A DNA stretch of 36,739 nt. It comes from Oscillospiraceae bacterium. Its GTDB lineage: Bacteria > Bacillota > Clostridia > Oscillospirales > Oscillospiraceae. The position numbers were made by a program, and so were the translations under genes. Below the pieces are notes generated by a model, which did not search any database, was not told where the DNA came from, and saw only the letters and a program-made list of their open reading frames with translations. Every line of letters starts with the position of its first letter. Position 1 is the stretch's first letter. The stretch lies in contig JAHHSE010000001.1 in NCBI GenBank assembly GCA_020025395.1, positions 1 through 36,739 of the forward strand, written 5' to 3'. Shown piece after piece: positions 16,260 to 24,850 of this stretch.

Positions 16260-16933
16260 TCAGCGGCATATCTGCTTCTTTAGAATGTCGTTGCAGTCCT
16301 TGGCTGTTTGCGGCATTGCATTAGGAACGGTATCGTCAGATAGCTTTGCGGCAATACCCACTGCGGCCCGTTGCCCAGCAGCATCGTGATCCAGGCCCAG
16401 CGCCACTGTTTCAATGTGGGGATAGTCGGCCAGCTACTGCTCCAGAGCAGCCGGGAGCTTCATACTGCGGTTTTTCCCAGGACCATAGACTCCGTTCAAA
16501 GCTGAGGATTGGCCTGTGTCCAGTTCTTCCCCTAAAGCCGTAAAAGGGTCAAAAAGGATATCGCAGCCGATACCACGGCTCTGTAAATAAGAAAGGACAC
16601 AATGGTTATTGGAATTCCTGACGGGCAGACAGCAGCTTTTGGAGGTCTTCTGTGTTTTGATGTGGAGCAGAGTATTCGTCCGTCAGACTGCAAAGCAATG
16701 CTGCAGCCTCTGGAAACGGCTGGCCTTCTATACGAATCATGTAGTTTAATGCTGATATTCCGTCGATTCCCTGGGGACCACCAATACCATTTCCCGTTAG
16801 AGATTTTAAGGCTGTCGTGGGTGGGTCGTATAGGTTCCTGAACAGAGCCGAATCAGTTTGCCGGGCTGCGTCTGAGATAGATAGGTGTGCAGATCGACGG
16901 ATCTCGCCCGCCGGATCTGTGTTTTTGTGACAT
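16260..16933 (-). pseudogene. DUF3991/Toprim primase-like protein pseudogene (ICE/phage type)
   Basis: Conserved blocks ARSVDLHTYLSQTQPGKLIRL, HDSLKISNGKWYWWS, ALNYMIRIEGQPFPEAAALL and YLQSRGI lie in different frames. The C-terminal LADYPHIETVALGLDHDAAGQRAAVGIAAKL...AKDCNDILKK (Toprim) is preceded by an in-frame TAG. The central part appears deleted. Confidence 0.65.
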
Positions 16934-17200
16934 AAACAGTTCTCACTCCTTGTCTGTCCTTTTAGGTTTGTATGATGTAAAAACGCAGTGACAGAGCGTC
17001 CGATATGGGTCACTCTGCCGCTGCGACCCAATTCAAACCGCAGCTGCCAATCGCACTGCGGTTCCGTCTTTGACCTCCTTACAGGCGGCCGGGCCGGCGG
17101 AAAAACCTGTGATCCGCACAAAATACGGCGTTGCGTCTAACCCTTTTTCAGCCCCGAGACCTTGTGCCAGACTGCGCCGTATTGAGCTGAATTGAGGGGA

Positions 17201-17240
17201 AAAGAAAAACCCCGGAACCATTGCGGTTCCAGGGTTTTTG
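17201..17240 (-). terminator. rpsI terminator
   Basis: On the minus strand, AAAAACCCTGGAACC-gcaat-GGTTCCGGGGTTTTT is followed by CTTTT, about 20 nt after the rpsI stop. Confidence 0.8.
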
Positions 17241-17258
17241 AAAAAATCGCGTCGTAAA

Positions 17259-17663
17259 TCAGCGCTTGGAGAACTGAGGCGCGCGGCGGGCGGCCTTGAG
17301 GCCGTACTTCTTACGCTCCTTCATACGAGGATCACGGGTCAGGAACCCGGCGGTCTTCAGAGCGGGACGGAATTCGGGATTCATGAGCAGCAGGGCACGG
17401 GCCACACCGTGACGGATGGCGCCGGCCTGACCGGTCACACCGCCGCCCTGGACGGTGACATTCACATCCACCTGACCCACCACCCCGGTGGTGACAAGGG
17501 GCTGACGAACCAGGAGCTTCAGGGTCTCCAGGCCGAAGTAATCGTCGATGTCACGGCCGTTAATGGTGATCACACCGCTGCCTCCCTCATAGACATGGAC
17601 ACGGGCAACGGAGGACTTGCGACGGCCGGTTCCGTAAAAATAAGGCTTCTTGCTCTTATACAT
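17259..17663 (-). CDS. rpsI: 30S ribosomal protein S9
   Basis: The translation has [12 protein letters not shown]...[19 protein letters not shown]...[40 protein letters not shown] is present. Confidence 0.97.
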   Translation of the reverse strand: MYKSKKPYFYGTGRRKSSVARVHVYEGGSGVITINGRDIDDYFGLETLKLLVRQPLVTTGVVGQVDVNVTVQGGGVTGQAGAIRHGVARALLLMNPEFRPALKTAGFLTRDPRMKERKKYGLKAARRAPQFSKR

Positions 17664-17677
17664 ACTTCTCTTCCTCC

Positions 17678-18109
17678 TTATTGAGCGGTCCAGATCTCGG
17701 GCTTCTGAGCCTCATGCTTATGCTCGCCGCCGCGATAGATGTGAAGGCGGACCAGGGAGTCCTTGGTGACAATGTTCCGGGGCATCATTCCCCGGACCGC
17801 CAGCTTCATGGCCAGTTCGGGCTTCTCCTGCATCAGGATGCGGTACTTGGTCTCCTTCAGACCACCGGGATAGCCGGAGTGTGTACGATAGAACTTCTGC
17901 TCCCCCTTCTTACCGGTGAGAACAGCCTTCTCGGCGTTGAGTACGATGACAAAGTCACCGCAGTCGGCGTGGGGGGTGTACTCGGGCTTATGCTTGCCCC
18001 GCAGCAGGGTGGCGGCGACAGCAGCGGTTTTGCCCAGGGGCTTTCCGGCCGCGTCGAGGACATACCACTTGCGGACGATATTGCCCTTATTTGCCATAAA
18101 AGTGGACAT
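17678..18109 (-). CDS. rplM: 50S ribosomal protein L13
   Basis: The translation has [49 protein letters not shown]...[14 protein letters not shown] chose the ATG at 18109 with GGAGG 7 nt upstream; the track start at 18115 is a TTG. Confidence 0.95.
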   Translation of the reverse strand: MSTFMANKGNIVRKWYVLDAAGKPLGKTAAVAATLLRGKHKPEYTPHADCGDFVIVLNAEKAVLTGKKGEQKFYRTHSGYPGGLKETKYRILMQEKPELAMKLAVRGMMPRNIVTKDSLVRLHIYRGGEHKHEAQKPEIWTAQ

Positions 18110-18184
18110 GGTCAAACCTCCAATTTTGCTTCTATTTCCATTTTGATACTTACAAATAGAGTTCCACTCTGGACGAGCGGAACG
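18110..18184 (-). promoter_or_regulatory. structured 5' leader of rplM-rpsI (candidate L13-type ribosomal-protein leader)
   Basis: This ~75-nt leader sits between a consensus promoter and the RBS. It has nested pairing: ACAAAT...ATTTGT enclosing GTTCC-gctcgtccagagt-GGAAC. Confidence 0.4.
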
Positions 18185-18190
18185 ATTTGT

Positions 18191-18219
18191 ATTATAATGC
18201 AGAGGTTTCTAAGTGTCAA
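18191..18219 (-). promoter_or_regulatory. consensus sigma-A promoter for rplM-rpsI
   Basis: The minus strand reads TTGACA-cttagaaacctctgcat(17 nt)-TATAAT. Confidence 0.8.
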
Positions 18220-18331
18220 CAGATTTTGAAAAGTTTTTTATTTATATTTTCATATCTCTGATTTTCTCTTGTTTTCTCTTTATAACACCCGATTTCTTCT
18301 TTTCAATTTCGTTTTTTGAGGAGGCTCTTTT

Positions 18332-19120
18332 ATGCAGAAATTACTCTCTTATGTCCGCAGATGCGTGGAGGACTACGACATGATCTCCGCCGGAGACAGG
18401 GTGGCGGTGGGGGTTTCCGGGGGGAAGGACTCCCTCACCCTTCTGGCCGCTCTGGCCAAGCTCCGGACCTTTTATCCCCTGCCCTTTCAGGTGGAGGCCT
18501 TTACCCTGGATATGGGGCAGCCGGGGATGGACTTTGGGCCGGTGGCCGACTACTGCAAGTCCATCGGCGTTCCCTATACGCTCCTCAAAACCGAGATCGC
18601 TCACATTATTTTCGATGTGCGGAAGGAGAAAAATCCCTGCTCCATGTGCGCCAAAATGCGCCGCGGCGCCCTCCACAACGCCATTTTGGAACGGGGAATC
18701 AGCAAGATCGCCCTGGGACACCATTTTGACGATGCGGTGGAGACCTTTTTCCTCTCCCTTTTTTATGAGGGGCGGATCTCCTGCTTTCAGCCTGTGACCT
18801 ATCTGGACCGCACCGGAGTGACCCAGATCCGTCCTCTTCTGTACTGCGGAGAGGGCTTTGTCCGAGGCACCGCCCAGCGGCTCTCCCTTCCCATTGTAAC
18901 AAACACCTGTCCCGCTGACGGACTGACCCAGAGGCAGGAGGTAAAGGAGCTGATTGAGGCCCTTTCCCACCGGTATCCCCGGCTGAAGGACTATGTCTTC
19001 CGGGCCATGCAGGCCTACCCCCTGCCTGCATGGAAACCCAACAGCTCCCGCAGAGTGCCTCCGCCGGAGGGGGGGCAGGGAGAGAGGGGAGGTGTCCCGT
19101 CCCCCGAAAAGCGGTTTTGA
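18332..19120 (+). CDS. ttcA: TtcA-family PP-loop ATPase (tRNA 2-thiocytidine synthetase-like)
   Basis: The PP-loop is VGVSGGKDS. Also present are CSMCAKMRRG, ALGHHFDDAVETFFLSLFYEG and a TNTCPADG cysteine motif. GAGGAGG RBS is present. Confidence 0.8.
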   Translation: MQKLLSYVRRCVEDYDMISAGDRVAVGVSGGKDSLTLLAALAKLRTFYPLPFQVEAFTLDMGQPGMDFGPVADYCKSIGVPYTLLKTEIAHIIFDVRKEKNPCSMCAKMRRGALHNAILERGISKIALGHHFDDAVETFFLSLFYEGRISCFQPVTYLDRTGVTQIRPLLYCGEGFVRGTAQRLSLPIVTNTCPADGLTQRQEVKELIEALSHRYPRLKDYVFRAMQAYPLPAWKPNSSRRVPPPEGGQGERGGVPSPEKRF

Positions 19121-19246
19121 TGGGGAATAGACGGAAAAAAAGGGGGAAGACGAAATCACAGGTCTGTCCATCCCGGGGTCCGCATATGGTGAGAAGGAGA
19201 ATTCCGATGACGGGAATTTTCTATCTGATACCAGGGATGTGACGAA

Positions 19247-19846
19247 ATGGAAGAAAACCAGATCAGACTGCGGGGGCAGGTGCTGTCTCCCCCGGCCTTT
19301 TCCCATGAAAGCCACGGGATCCGTTTTTATCAGTTTCCCCTTTCGGTCAAGCGGCTCTCCGGCGCGGAGGACGAGCTGAATCTTCTGGGACCGGAAGAGC
19401 TGGTGGGCAGGGTTCGCCCCGGAGAGAGGGTGGCGGTCCTGGGACAGGTTCGGTCCTACAACAACCGCTCCGGCGTGGGCAGCCGCCTGGTGATCACGGT
19501 TTTTGTCCAGACCCTTCTGGCGGAGCCGGGACCATCGGAAAACAGTCTTTTTTTGTCTGGTGTCCTATGCAAAAAACCTGTTTTTCGCAGAACACCCCTG
19601 GGACGGGAAATCTGCGACCTGATGCTGGCGGTCCCCCGGCACTACGGGCGGGCGGACTATCTCCCCTGTATCGCCTGGGGTGCCACGGCGGCCAGGGCCG
19701 CCGCCATGACGGTGGGCCAGAGCGTCAGCCTGGAGGGACGGCTCCAAAGCAGAGGATACCTGAAATCCAATGGGGAGACGCAGATTCCGAAGGTGGCCTA
19801 TGAGGTCTCCATCTCCTCCCTCCGAGAGCAGGAAGCACCCACATAG
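19247..19846 (+). CDS. SSB-like protein with two tandem OB-fold-like halves
   Basis: 199 aa. Both halves show the pattern xLxGxV...P......G......F.L.........D.L......G.....A......G..V.L.G.L.S..Y (first half RLRGQVLS...VLGQVRSYNN; second half FLSGVLCK...LEGRLQSRGY). The RBS is weak. Confidence 0.6.
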   Translation: MEENQIRLRGQVLSPPAFSHESHGIRFYQFPLSVKRLSGAEDELNLLGPEELVGRVRPGERVAVLGQVRSYNNRSGVGSRLVITVFVQTLLAEPGPSENSLFLSGVLCKKPVFRRTPLGREICDLMLAVPRHYGRADYLPCIAWGATAARAAAMTVGQSVSLEGRLQSRGYLKSNGETQIPKVAYEVSISSLREQEAPT

Positions 19847-19914
19847 ACCAAATGGTTTTTGCGTGATTTTTCGCGTAATTTCATCCTTTTTCCAAAAACG
19901 GAAGGCTTTACACA

Positions 19915-19943
19915 GGATAATGTTCTCCGCACTGCTCAAACTA
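19915..19943 (+). promoter_or_regulatory. forespore (sigma-G/sigma-F type) promoter candidate for the SASP gene
   Basis: GGATA (19915-19919), a 17-nt spacer, then CAAACTA (19937-19943). This fits the GnATA / CAnAnTA forespore promoter pattern, about 60 nt upstream of the start codon. Confidence 0.5.
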
Positions 19944-20003
19944 TGCTTGGGTCAAGTACCCGACACAAAAAAACAAATCAATTTGAAAAGGAGAAACATT
20001 ATC

Positions 20004-20207
20004 ATGTCCAGCTCCAAAAACAGCAATCAGCCCGTAGTCGCCAGCGCTCGTGAGGCTCTCAATAAGTTTAAGATGGAAGCCGCCAATGAGGTGGGTGTCA
20101 ACCTGAAGCAGGGTTACAACGGCGACCTGACCAGCCGTGAGGCCGGTTCCGTGGGCGGTCAGATGGTCAAGAAGATGATCGAGGCCTACGAGAAGAATAT
20201 GCAGTAA
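20004..20207 (+). CDS. small acid-soluble spore protein, alpha/beta type
   Basis: 67 aa containing ...KMEAANEVGVNLKQGYNGDLTSREAGSVGGQMVKKMIEAYE... AAAGGAGAAA RBS is present. The longer track ORF 19770..20207 is an upstream read-through. Confidence 0.9.
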   Translation: MSSSKNSNQPVVASAREALNKFKMEAANEVGVNLKQGYNGDLTSREAGSVGGQMVKKMIEAYEKNMQ

Positions 20208-20252
20208 CTTTTCCGTTTGCCTGGGAATCACGCGGGACAGACAGGAAAACAG

Positions 20253-20293
20253 GGAAGGGCAGATCCGGCGGGGTCTGCCCTTCCTCCTTTTTT
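20253..20293 (+). terminator. SASP gene terminator
   Basis: GGAAGGGCAGA-tccggcgggg-TCTGCCCTTCC is followed by TCCTTTTTTG. Confidence 0.8.
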
Positions 20294-20338
20294 GCGCATC
20301 ATGCCTCTCAATTGACATGGGGAATGGGGCGGGCTATC

Positions 20339-21386
20339 ATGCGACTTATAAGGAGGGAGGAACTGGAAACCCTGCGACTCTGGGATCAGGACAACAGAAA
20401 GCCGGAAAACTGGCAGCTCTCTCCCAAGGCGGTCCGCCTCTTCATTCTTGGCTCCAAGGCCCCTGTCCGCTGCGGGGATCGGGAGAATATCATTGAGAAA
20501 AAATATTTGGGCAACGACGCTTTGGTGGAGCGGAGCATCATCACCCTGGCGGGTAATCGGGGCCTGATGCTTGCGGGGGAGCCGGGAACGGCAAAAACCA
20601 TGCTGTCCGAGCTGTTGACCGCCGCCATCAGCGGATGCAGCACCAACACCGTCCAGGGGACAGCGGGAACCACGGAGGATATGATTAAATACAGCTGGAA
20701 CTATGCCCTTCTTCTGGCCAATGGACCCAGCCGTCAGGCCCTGGTCCCAGCCCCTCTCTATGTGGGGATGGAAAAGGGAATCCTGACCCGGTTTGAGGAG
20801 ATCACCCGGACCCCGGCGGAGATCCGGGACAGCCTGATCAGTGTGCTGAGCGACAAGGTGATGAACATTCCGGAGCTGGGGGACGAGGGACTTTTGTTTG
20901 CCCGTCCCGGTTTTAATGTGATCGGCACCGCCAACACCGGAGACAGGGGTGTCAATGAGATGTCCAGCGCCCTAAAACGCCGATTTCATTTCGAAATCGT
21001 CCAGCCGGTGGGGGATGTGGCGCTGGAGAAGCGGATCATCCTCAATGAGGCGGGGGCCTTGGCCCAGGCGTCAGGGATTACCCAGCCTCTGGATGAGGAG
21101 GCGGCGGAGCTGCTAGCCACCACCTATCATGAGCTTCGGACCGGCCTTTTCCGAGAAGGGGAGCGGATTGAAAGGCCTGCCGCCGTCATGAGCACCGCCG
21201 AGGCCATCTCGGTCTGCTATCAGACCTTCATGTCCGCCTGGTACTATGGGGACGGGCGGATGGAGGAAAAAATCTGGTCAAGAACCTGGTGGGAGCGGCG
21301 GCCAAGGAGTCCCAGGAGGATATGGATAAGACCATGGGCTATTTTTCCACCGTGGTCTCCAGAAAAGCGAAGCAGGAGGGCGGCGC
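20339..21386 (+). pseudogene. MoxR-like AAA+ ATPase (AAA_5 type), frameshifted
   Basis: Walker A is LAGEPGTAKT and Walker B-like is LTRFEEITR. After ...YYGDGRMEEK the frame breaks at an A6 run (21268-21273). One extra A would restore ...NLVKNLVGAAAKESQEDMDKTMGYFSTVVSRK... No natural stop is evident afterwards. Confidence 0.7.
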
Positions 21387-22229
21387 ATGGAAACGCTATT
21401 ACGAGGCGAGAAATCAGCTGGGGGGATCCCCTTCTCTCTGGATGCGCCCGTCCTCTATTATCCGGTGCGCCACCACAGCCCGGCCTGCGCCTGGCATTTG
21501 GAGCGGGTTATGGAGTGGTATCGGCCGGAGTGCGTCCTGGTGGAGGGACCGGAAAACGCCAACGATCTCATCCCCGTCCTGGTCCATCCGGACACGAAGG
21601 CCCCTATGGCCCTCTATTACGCCTATTGGGACCGAACCGGTCTTTTGGACCGGGAGAAGGGGGAGGAGGAGCTTCTGGCGGACGGATGCCTGGCCAGAGA
21701 AGCCCACATGGCCCTCCGTATTGAGGAGGCCTCCCGTCAGTATGGGCGGATGTGGGACAGACTGCATCAGGACAGGCTGAAGCAGGAGAGCGCCGCCGTT
21801 CAGCGGGTCATCCTCTCCATCTTCTCTGACCCGCGGCATCGGAACACCAGCCGATTTCTCCATCAGACCGTCTTTTTAAACTGCGGCTTTGCCCGGTTGG
21901 AAAAGGGGCCGGACTGCTGGTCCAGGGCTTTCTCATGGGGATCGGCTCCGTGTCGGACGCCCTTGCGGACGGTCTGGAAGGTCTTCTGCTGAAGGATGGG
22001 GATTTCGCCTCCCTGTGCGAGGCCTGCGCCGCCTTAAATACCCTGGATGAGTGGTAGCTTCAGTATGGGGAGCGGGGGACCTGTGACTATTCGTCCCTTC
22101 TCCGTCAGTGCTATACCCGTTTGCTGCATCGAATCCCCGCTTTAAATCAGGTGGATGACCGCTCGGTCCGTCAGGTTCAGGAGGCCTGTACCCTCCTCTA
22201 TCAGATCACAGAGATCCTCACCGACCGGG
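21387..22229 (+). pseudogene. DUF5682-like protein remnant (N- and C-terminal pieces only)
   Basis: GGAGGG RBS precedes an N-terminus VLYYPVRHHSPACAWHLERVMEWYRPECVLVEGPENANDLIPVL typical of the family that accompanies MoxR/VWA pairs. The full family is much longer. The frame is lost repeatedly and there is an in-frame TAG (...LDEW*LQYGERG) near 22056. Confidence 0.55.
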
Positions 22230-22890
22230 GGGGTGCTTGGAAAGGTGGACCGAACCAGCCGAAGCTCCCTTCCCTCCATCCGCAATCTGGATATTCGGCG
22301 GACCATTCGGAAAAACCTCGCCCACTATGACAGGGCGTCTGAGCGTCTGATCCTGGAACAGGTCTATTTTTACGGAAGGGTGAAACGCCACCACCCCTGG
22401 CGGATCATCCTGGCGGTGGATGAGAGCGGCTCCATGCTGTCCAATGTGATTCACAGCGCGGTGATGGCGGGGATCCTTGCCAAGCTGCCCATGCTGGACA
22501 CCCGTCTGGTGATCTTTGACACCGCCGTGGCGGATCTGAGCGGCTATGTGGACGATCCCGTGGAGGCCCTGATGAGCATTCAGCTGGGAGGAGGGACGGA
22601 CATTGCCAAGGCCCTCACCTACTGCGAAAGCCTGATTACGGACCCCCCATCGGACCATGGTGGTGCTGATCAGCGACCTCTGTGAGGGAAACAGCCGGGC
22701 CAAGCTCTATGGGATCTGCCGGGATATCATTGAGAGCGGGGCCAAGCTCATCGCCCTCACGGCGCTGAACGGCGAGGGCAGCCCCTGCTATGACCGCACC
22801 ACCGGGGAGCATCTGGCGGGACTGGGGGCCTATGTGGGGGCCATGCCCCCCGCCCGGCTCCCCGATCTGGAGCGAGCTCTGCGCAGCCTC
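22230..22890 (+). pseudogene. CoxE-like VWA domain protein, N-terminally truncated and frameshifted
   Basis: DIRRTIRKNL...RIILAVDESGSMLSNV (MIDAS DxSxS)...GGGTDIAKAL is followed by a break at a C6 run (22642-22647). C5 would restore ITDPHRTMVVLISDLCEG. Confidence 0.7.
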
Positions 22891-23745
22891 CACGGGGAAT
22901 ATGCCGCCTATTTCACCCGATCCGCCGCCTATCGGGACACCGCTCTGTTACGGCGGTTCTCCCAGGCCTTTCGTCTGGCCTCCGCCCTGGAGGCTGCGGA
23001 TCAGGACGGGATCCAGGCTCTGGCCGGGATCTTTCGGGAGGAATATGAGCCGGTGGATCGGCTGAAGCTTTCCCTTCTGGGTCTGCGGGACTTTACGGGT
23101 CAAAGCGGATATGCAGGTACCATCTATGATTTCTGGGAGGAGCAAAAGGGGGGCTATTACACCTTTTCCCAAGTGCGCCCCACCTTTTATGAGGAGAACG
23201 CCGGGAGGCTTATGGGGACTGCCCGTCCCTCTCTCTCAGCTTCAGGGGGGTTCCATGGAGCTGAGAGGGGCCAGGGCAACCTGAGGGGGAAACCTCTCCG
23301 CCACCGAGGGCTGCAAGGCCGCCCTTCTGGGGGAGAGGTCCCCTGGCAGCCTCCTGCCCAGGGAGGAGATTTTTTCACGGTTTGACCGACTCCTGGTTCG
23401 GCGGAGCCGTCCCAACACCCCGGAGCAGGACCGACTGGCTCTGATCCGCCCGGACAACTGCCTCCCTCAGACATACGACCGGGCCCGCCAGTGCTTCTCC
23501 ATCCGGCCGCAAGATCCAGAGGGCGGAGCCTGTGGCTGGAGGTTCCGTACAGAAAGGAACGGGCCAAGCTGATGGAGCGACTGGAAACGCTGGTTCAATG
23601 GCTGGAGGGGGGGACTGGCGGATCTTCTCCAATCCGGACTGGATACCTCCGCCTTCGCCCCCAGATTCCACGCTCTGGCCCTCCAATGCGAGGAGAGAGG
23701 GCAGATTGGACTGACCGGCGGTCAGGACAAGGGCCGGGAACTCCT
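22891..23745 (+). pseudogene. remnant of the last gene(s) of the MoxR/VWA operon, multiple frame changes
   Basis: Coding-like segments (HGEYAAYFTRSAAYRD...; RFDRLLVRRSRPNTPEQDRLALIRPDN...; ERAKLMERLETLVQWLEGG / LADLLQSGLDTSAFAPRFHALALQCEERG) lie in three different frames with no clean start or stop. The family was not recognised. Confidence 0.35.
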
Positions 23746-23748
23746 CAG

Positions 23749-23799
23749 CCAAGAAAGAACCCCTGTTTTCGTCAGGCGAAAACAGGGGTTCTTTCTTGG
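23749..23799. terminator. long perfect hairpin, bidirectional terminator between convergent units
   Basis: CCAAGAAAGAACCCCTGTTTTCG-tcagg-CGAAAACAGGGGTTCTTTCTTGG is a perfect 23-bp stem. Confidence 0.75.
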
Positions 23800-23814
23800 C
23801 TGAAACAGAGAATT

Positions 23815-24789
23815 TTAGAGAGGAAGGGCCACCACGGCGGAGACCAGCACCGGCACCGCCAGGGAAAGGACCACACCGGACACGAAGGAATAGACGGTGA
23901 TCCGCTCACTGGTGGAGCTTACCACCATGGGGAGCAGGGTATCCATAGCCGTGGCGCCGCAGGGGGCCACCGCCTCCACATAACCGATTCGTCTGGCGAT
24001 GACAGGAACCAAAAGAATGGAAAAAATCTCCCGCATGACATTGGAGAGGAAGGAGACGGCAGAGACGGACAGGGAGTATTTTTCCAGGAGGGTGGGGGCC
24101 AGGGAGTACCACCCCAGCCCTGCCGAGGCCGCCATGGAATCCTTGATCCCCATGGGGAGAAAGAGTCCGGCCAGAACGGCTCCGGCAAAGGTTCCCGCCA
24201 CCACGGCGACGGGGATGAGCAAAACCCCAAAGCCGGCCTGCCGGATGGAGTCCCAGACCCCGCCCTGCTTGCCCATATCCACCCCCACCAGGAAGAGGAG
24301 GAGGTAGAGGCCAAAGTCGATGATCGTCCCGCAGGCCTCACTTGCCTGAGGCGGGAGGAGAAAGCGCCCGGCCGCCATTCCCAAAACCACCGCCCCCACA
24401 ATGAAGAAGGTGCTGGAATGATCCACCTTTTGGGCGGGTCCCCTCTTCTCCTCTCCTTCCTCCCGGTCTTCGTGATGTCTGCCCCAGCGGTCCAGCTTCA
24501 GCAGGTATTTCCGCACCAGCAGAACACAAAGCAGGGAGCCCGCCATTGCCATGACGGTGAGAAACAGGGCGGAGAGACCAATGCTCCCCAGAGAGGTGAC
24601 TACCTCTTCATTGGCGCCCAGCTTCACCCCCAAAGCGGCAATCAGAAGCATCAGGGCCAGAAATTGGAATTTTCCCAGCCAGGGCAGCTCTCTTTTCTGA
24701 CAGAAGGGGCGGGAGCCTAACAAGACTCCCACCGCAACCAATGCCACATAGATGGCAAGATTCATAAGGGTGCCCATGGTCGCACTCAT
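23815..24789 (-). CDS. lysO: LysO-family (DUF340) membrane transporter, two-domain
   Basis: 324 aa from the ATG at 24789, preceded by GGAGGAGG. The polytopic hydrophobic sequence has two similar halves separated by a charged linker (RWGRHHEDREEGEEKRG). The upstream 97 codons of the track ORF are Arg/Trp-rich non-coding read-through. Confidence 0.65.
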   Translation of the reverse strand: MSATMGTLMNLAIYVALVAVGVLLGSRPFCQKRELPWLGKFQFLALMLLIAALGVKLGANEEVVTSLGSIGLSALFLTVMAMAGSLLCVLLVRKYLLKLDRWGRHHEDREEGEEKRGPAQKVDHSSTFFIVGAVVLGMAAGRFLLPPQASEACGTIIDFGLYLLLFLVGVDMGKQGGVWDSIRQAGFGVLLIPVAVVAGTFAGAVLAGLFLPMGIKDSMAASAGLGWYSLAPTLLEKYSLSVSAVSFLSNVMREIFSILLVPVIARRIGYVEAVAPCGATAMDTLLPMVVSSTSERITVYSFVSGVVLSLAVPVLVSAVVALPL

Positions 24790-24820
24790 GGAAACCTCCT
24801 CCATTCCTATGATAATTGAC

Positions 24821-24844
24821 GGCCCCCCGGTTTCAGGGGGGGCC
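24821..24844 (-). terminator. GC-rich hairpin between thrS and the lysO-like gene (weak terminator/attenuator)
   Basis: On the minus strand, GGCCCCCC-ctgaaac-CGGGGGGCC. The following tract GTCAATTATC is only moderately U-rich. Confidence 0.4.
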
Positions 24845-24850
24845 GTTCCC

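Larger units (their letters stand above)
15052..16933 (-). mobile_element. decayed mobile-element region (IS remnant, SSB pseudogene, Toprim/DUF3991 pseudogene)
   Basis: Three adjacent disrupted genes of mobile-element type lie here, all co-oriented with the structural operon. Parts of the region are visibly more AT-rich than the flanks. Confidence 0.7.

Noticed and set aside
18193-18198. Plus-strand TATAAT as the promoter of the ttcA-like gene
   Set aside because: It is the palindromic partner of the rplM -10 element. The only -35 candidate is a weak TGGACG. The assignment is left open rather than annotated.
21268-22647. Homopolymer frameshifts in the MoxR and VWA genes as phase-variation or programmed recoding
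   Set aside because: The same operon also carries large internal deletions, an in-frame TAG and a lost stop codon, so simple ON/OFF switching could not restore function. Decay, or in part sequencing error, is more parsimonious.
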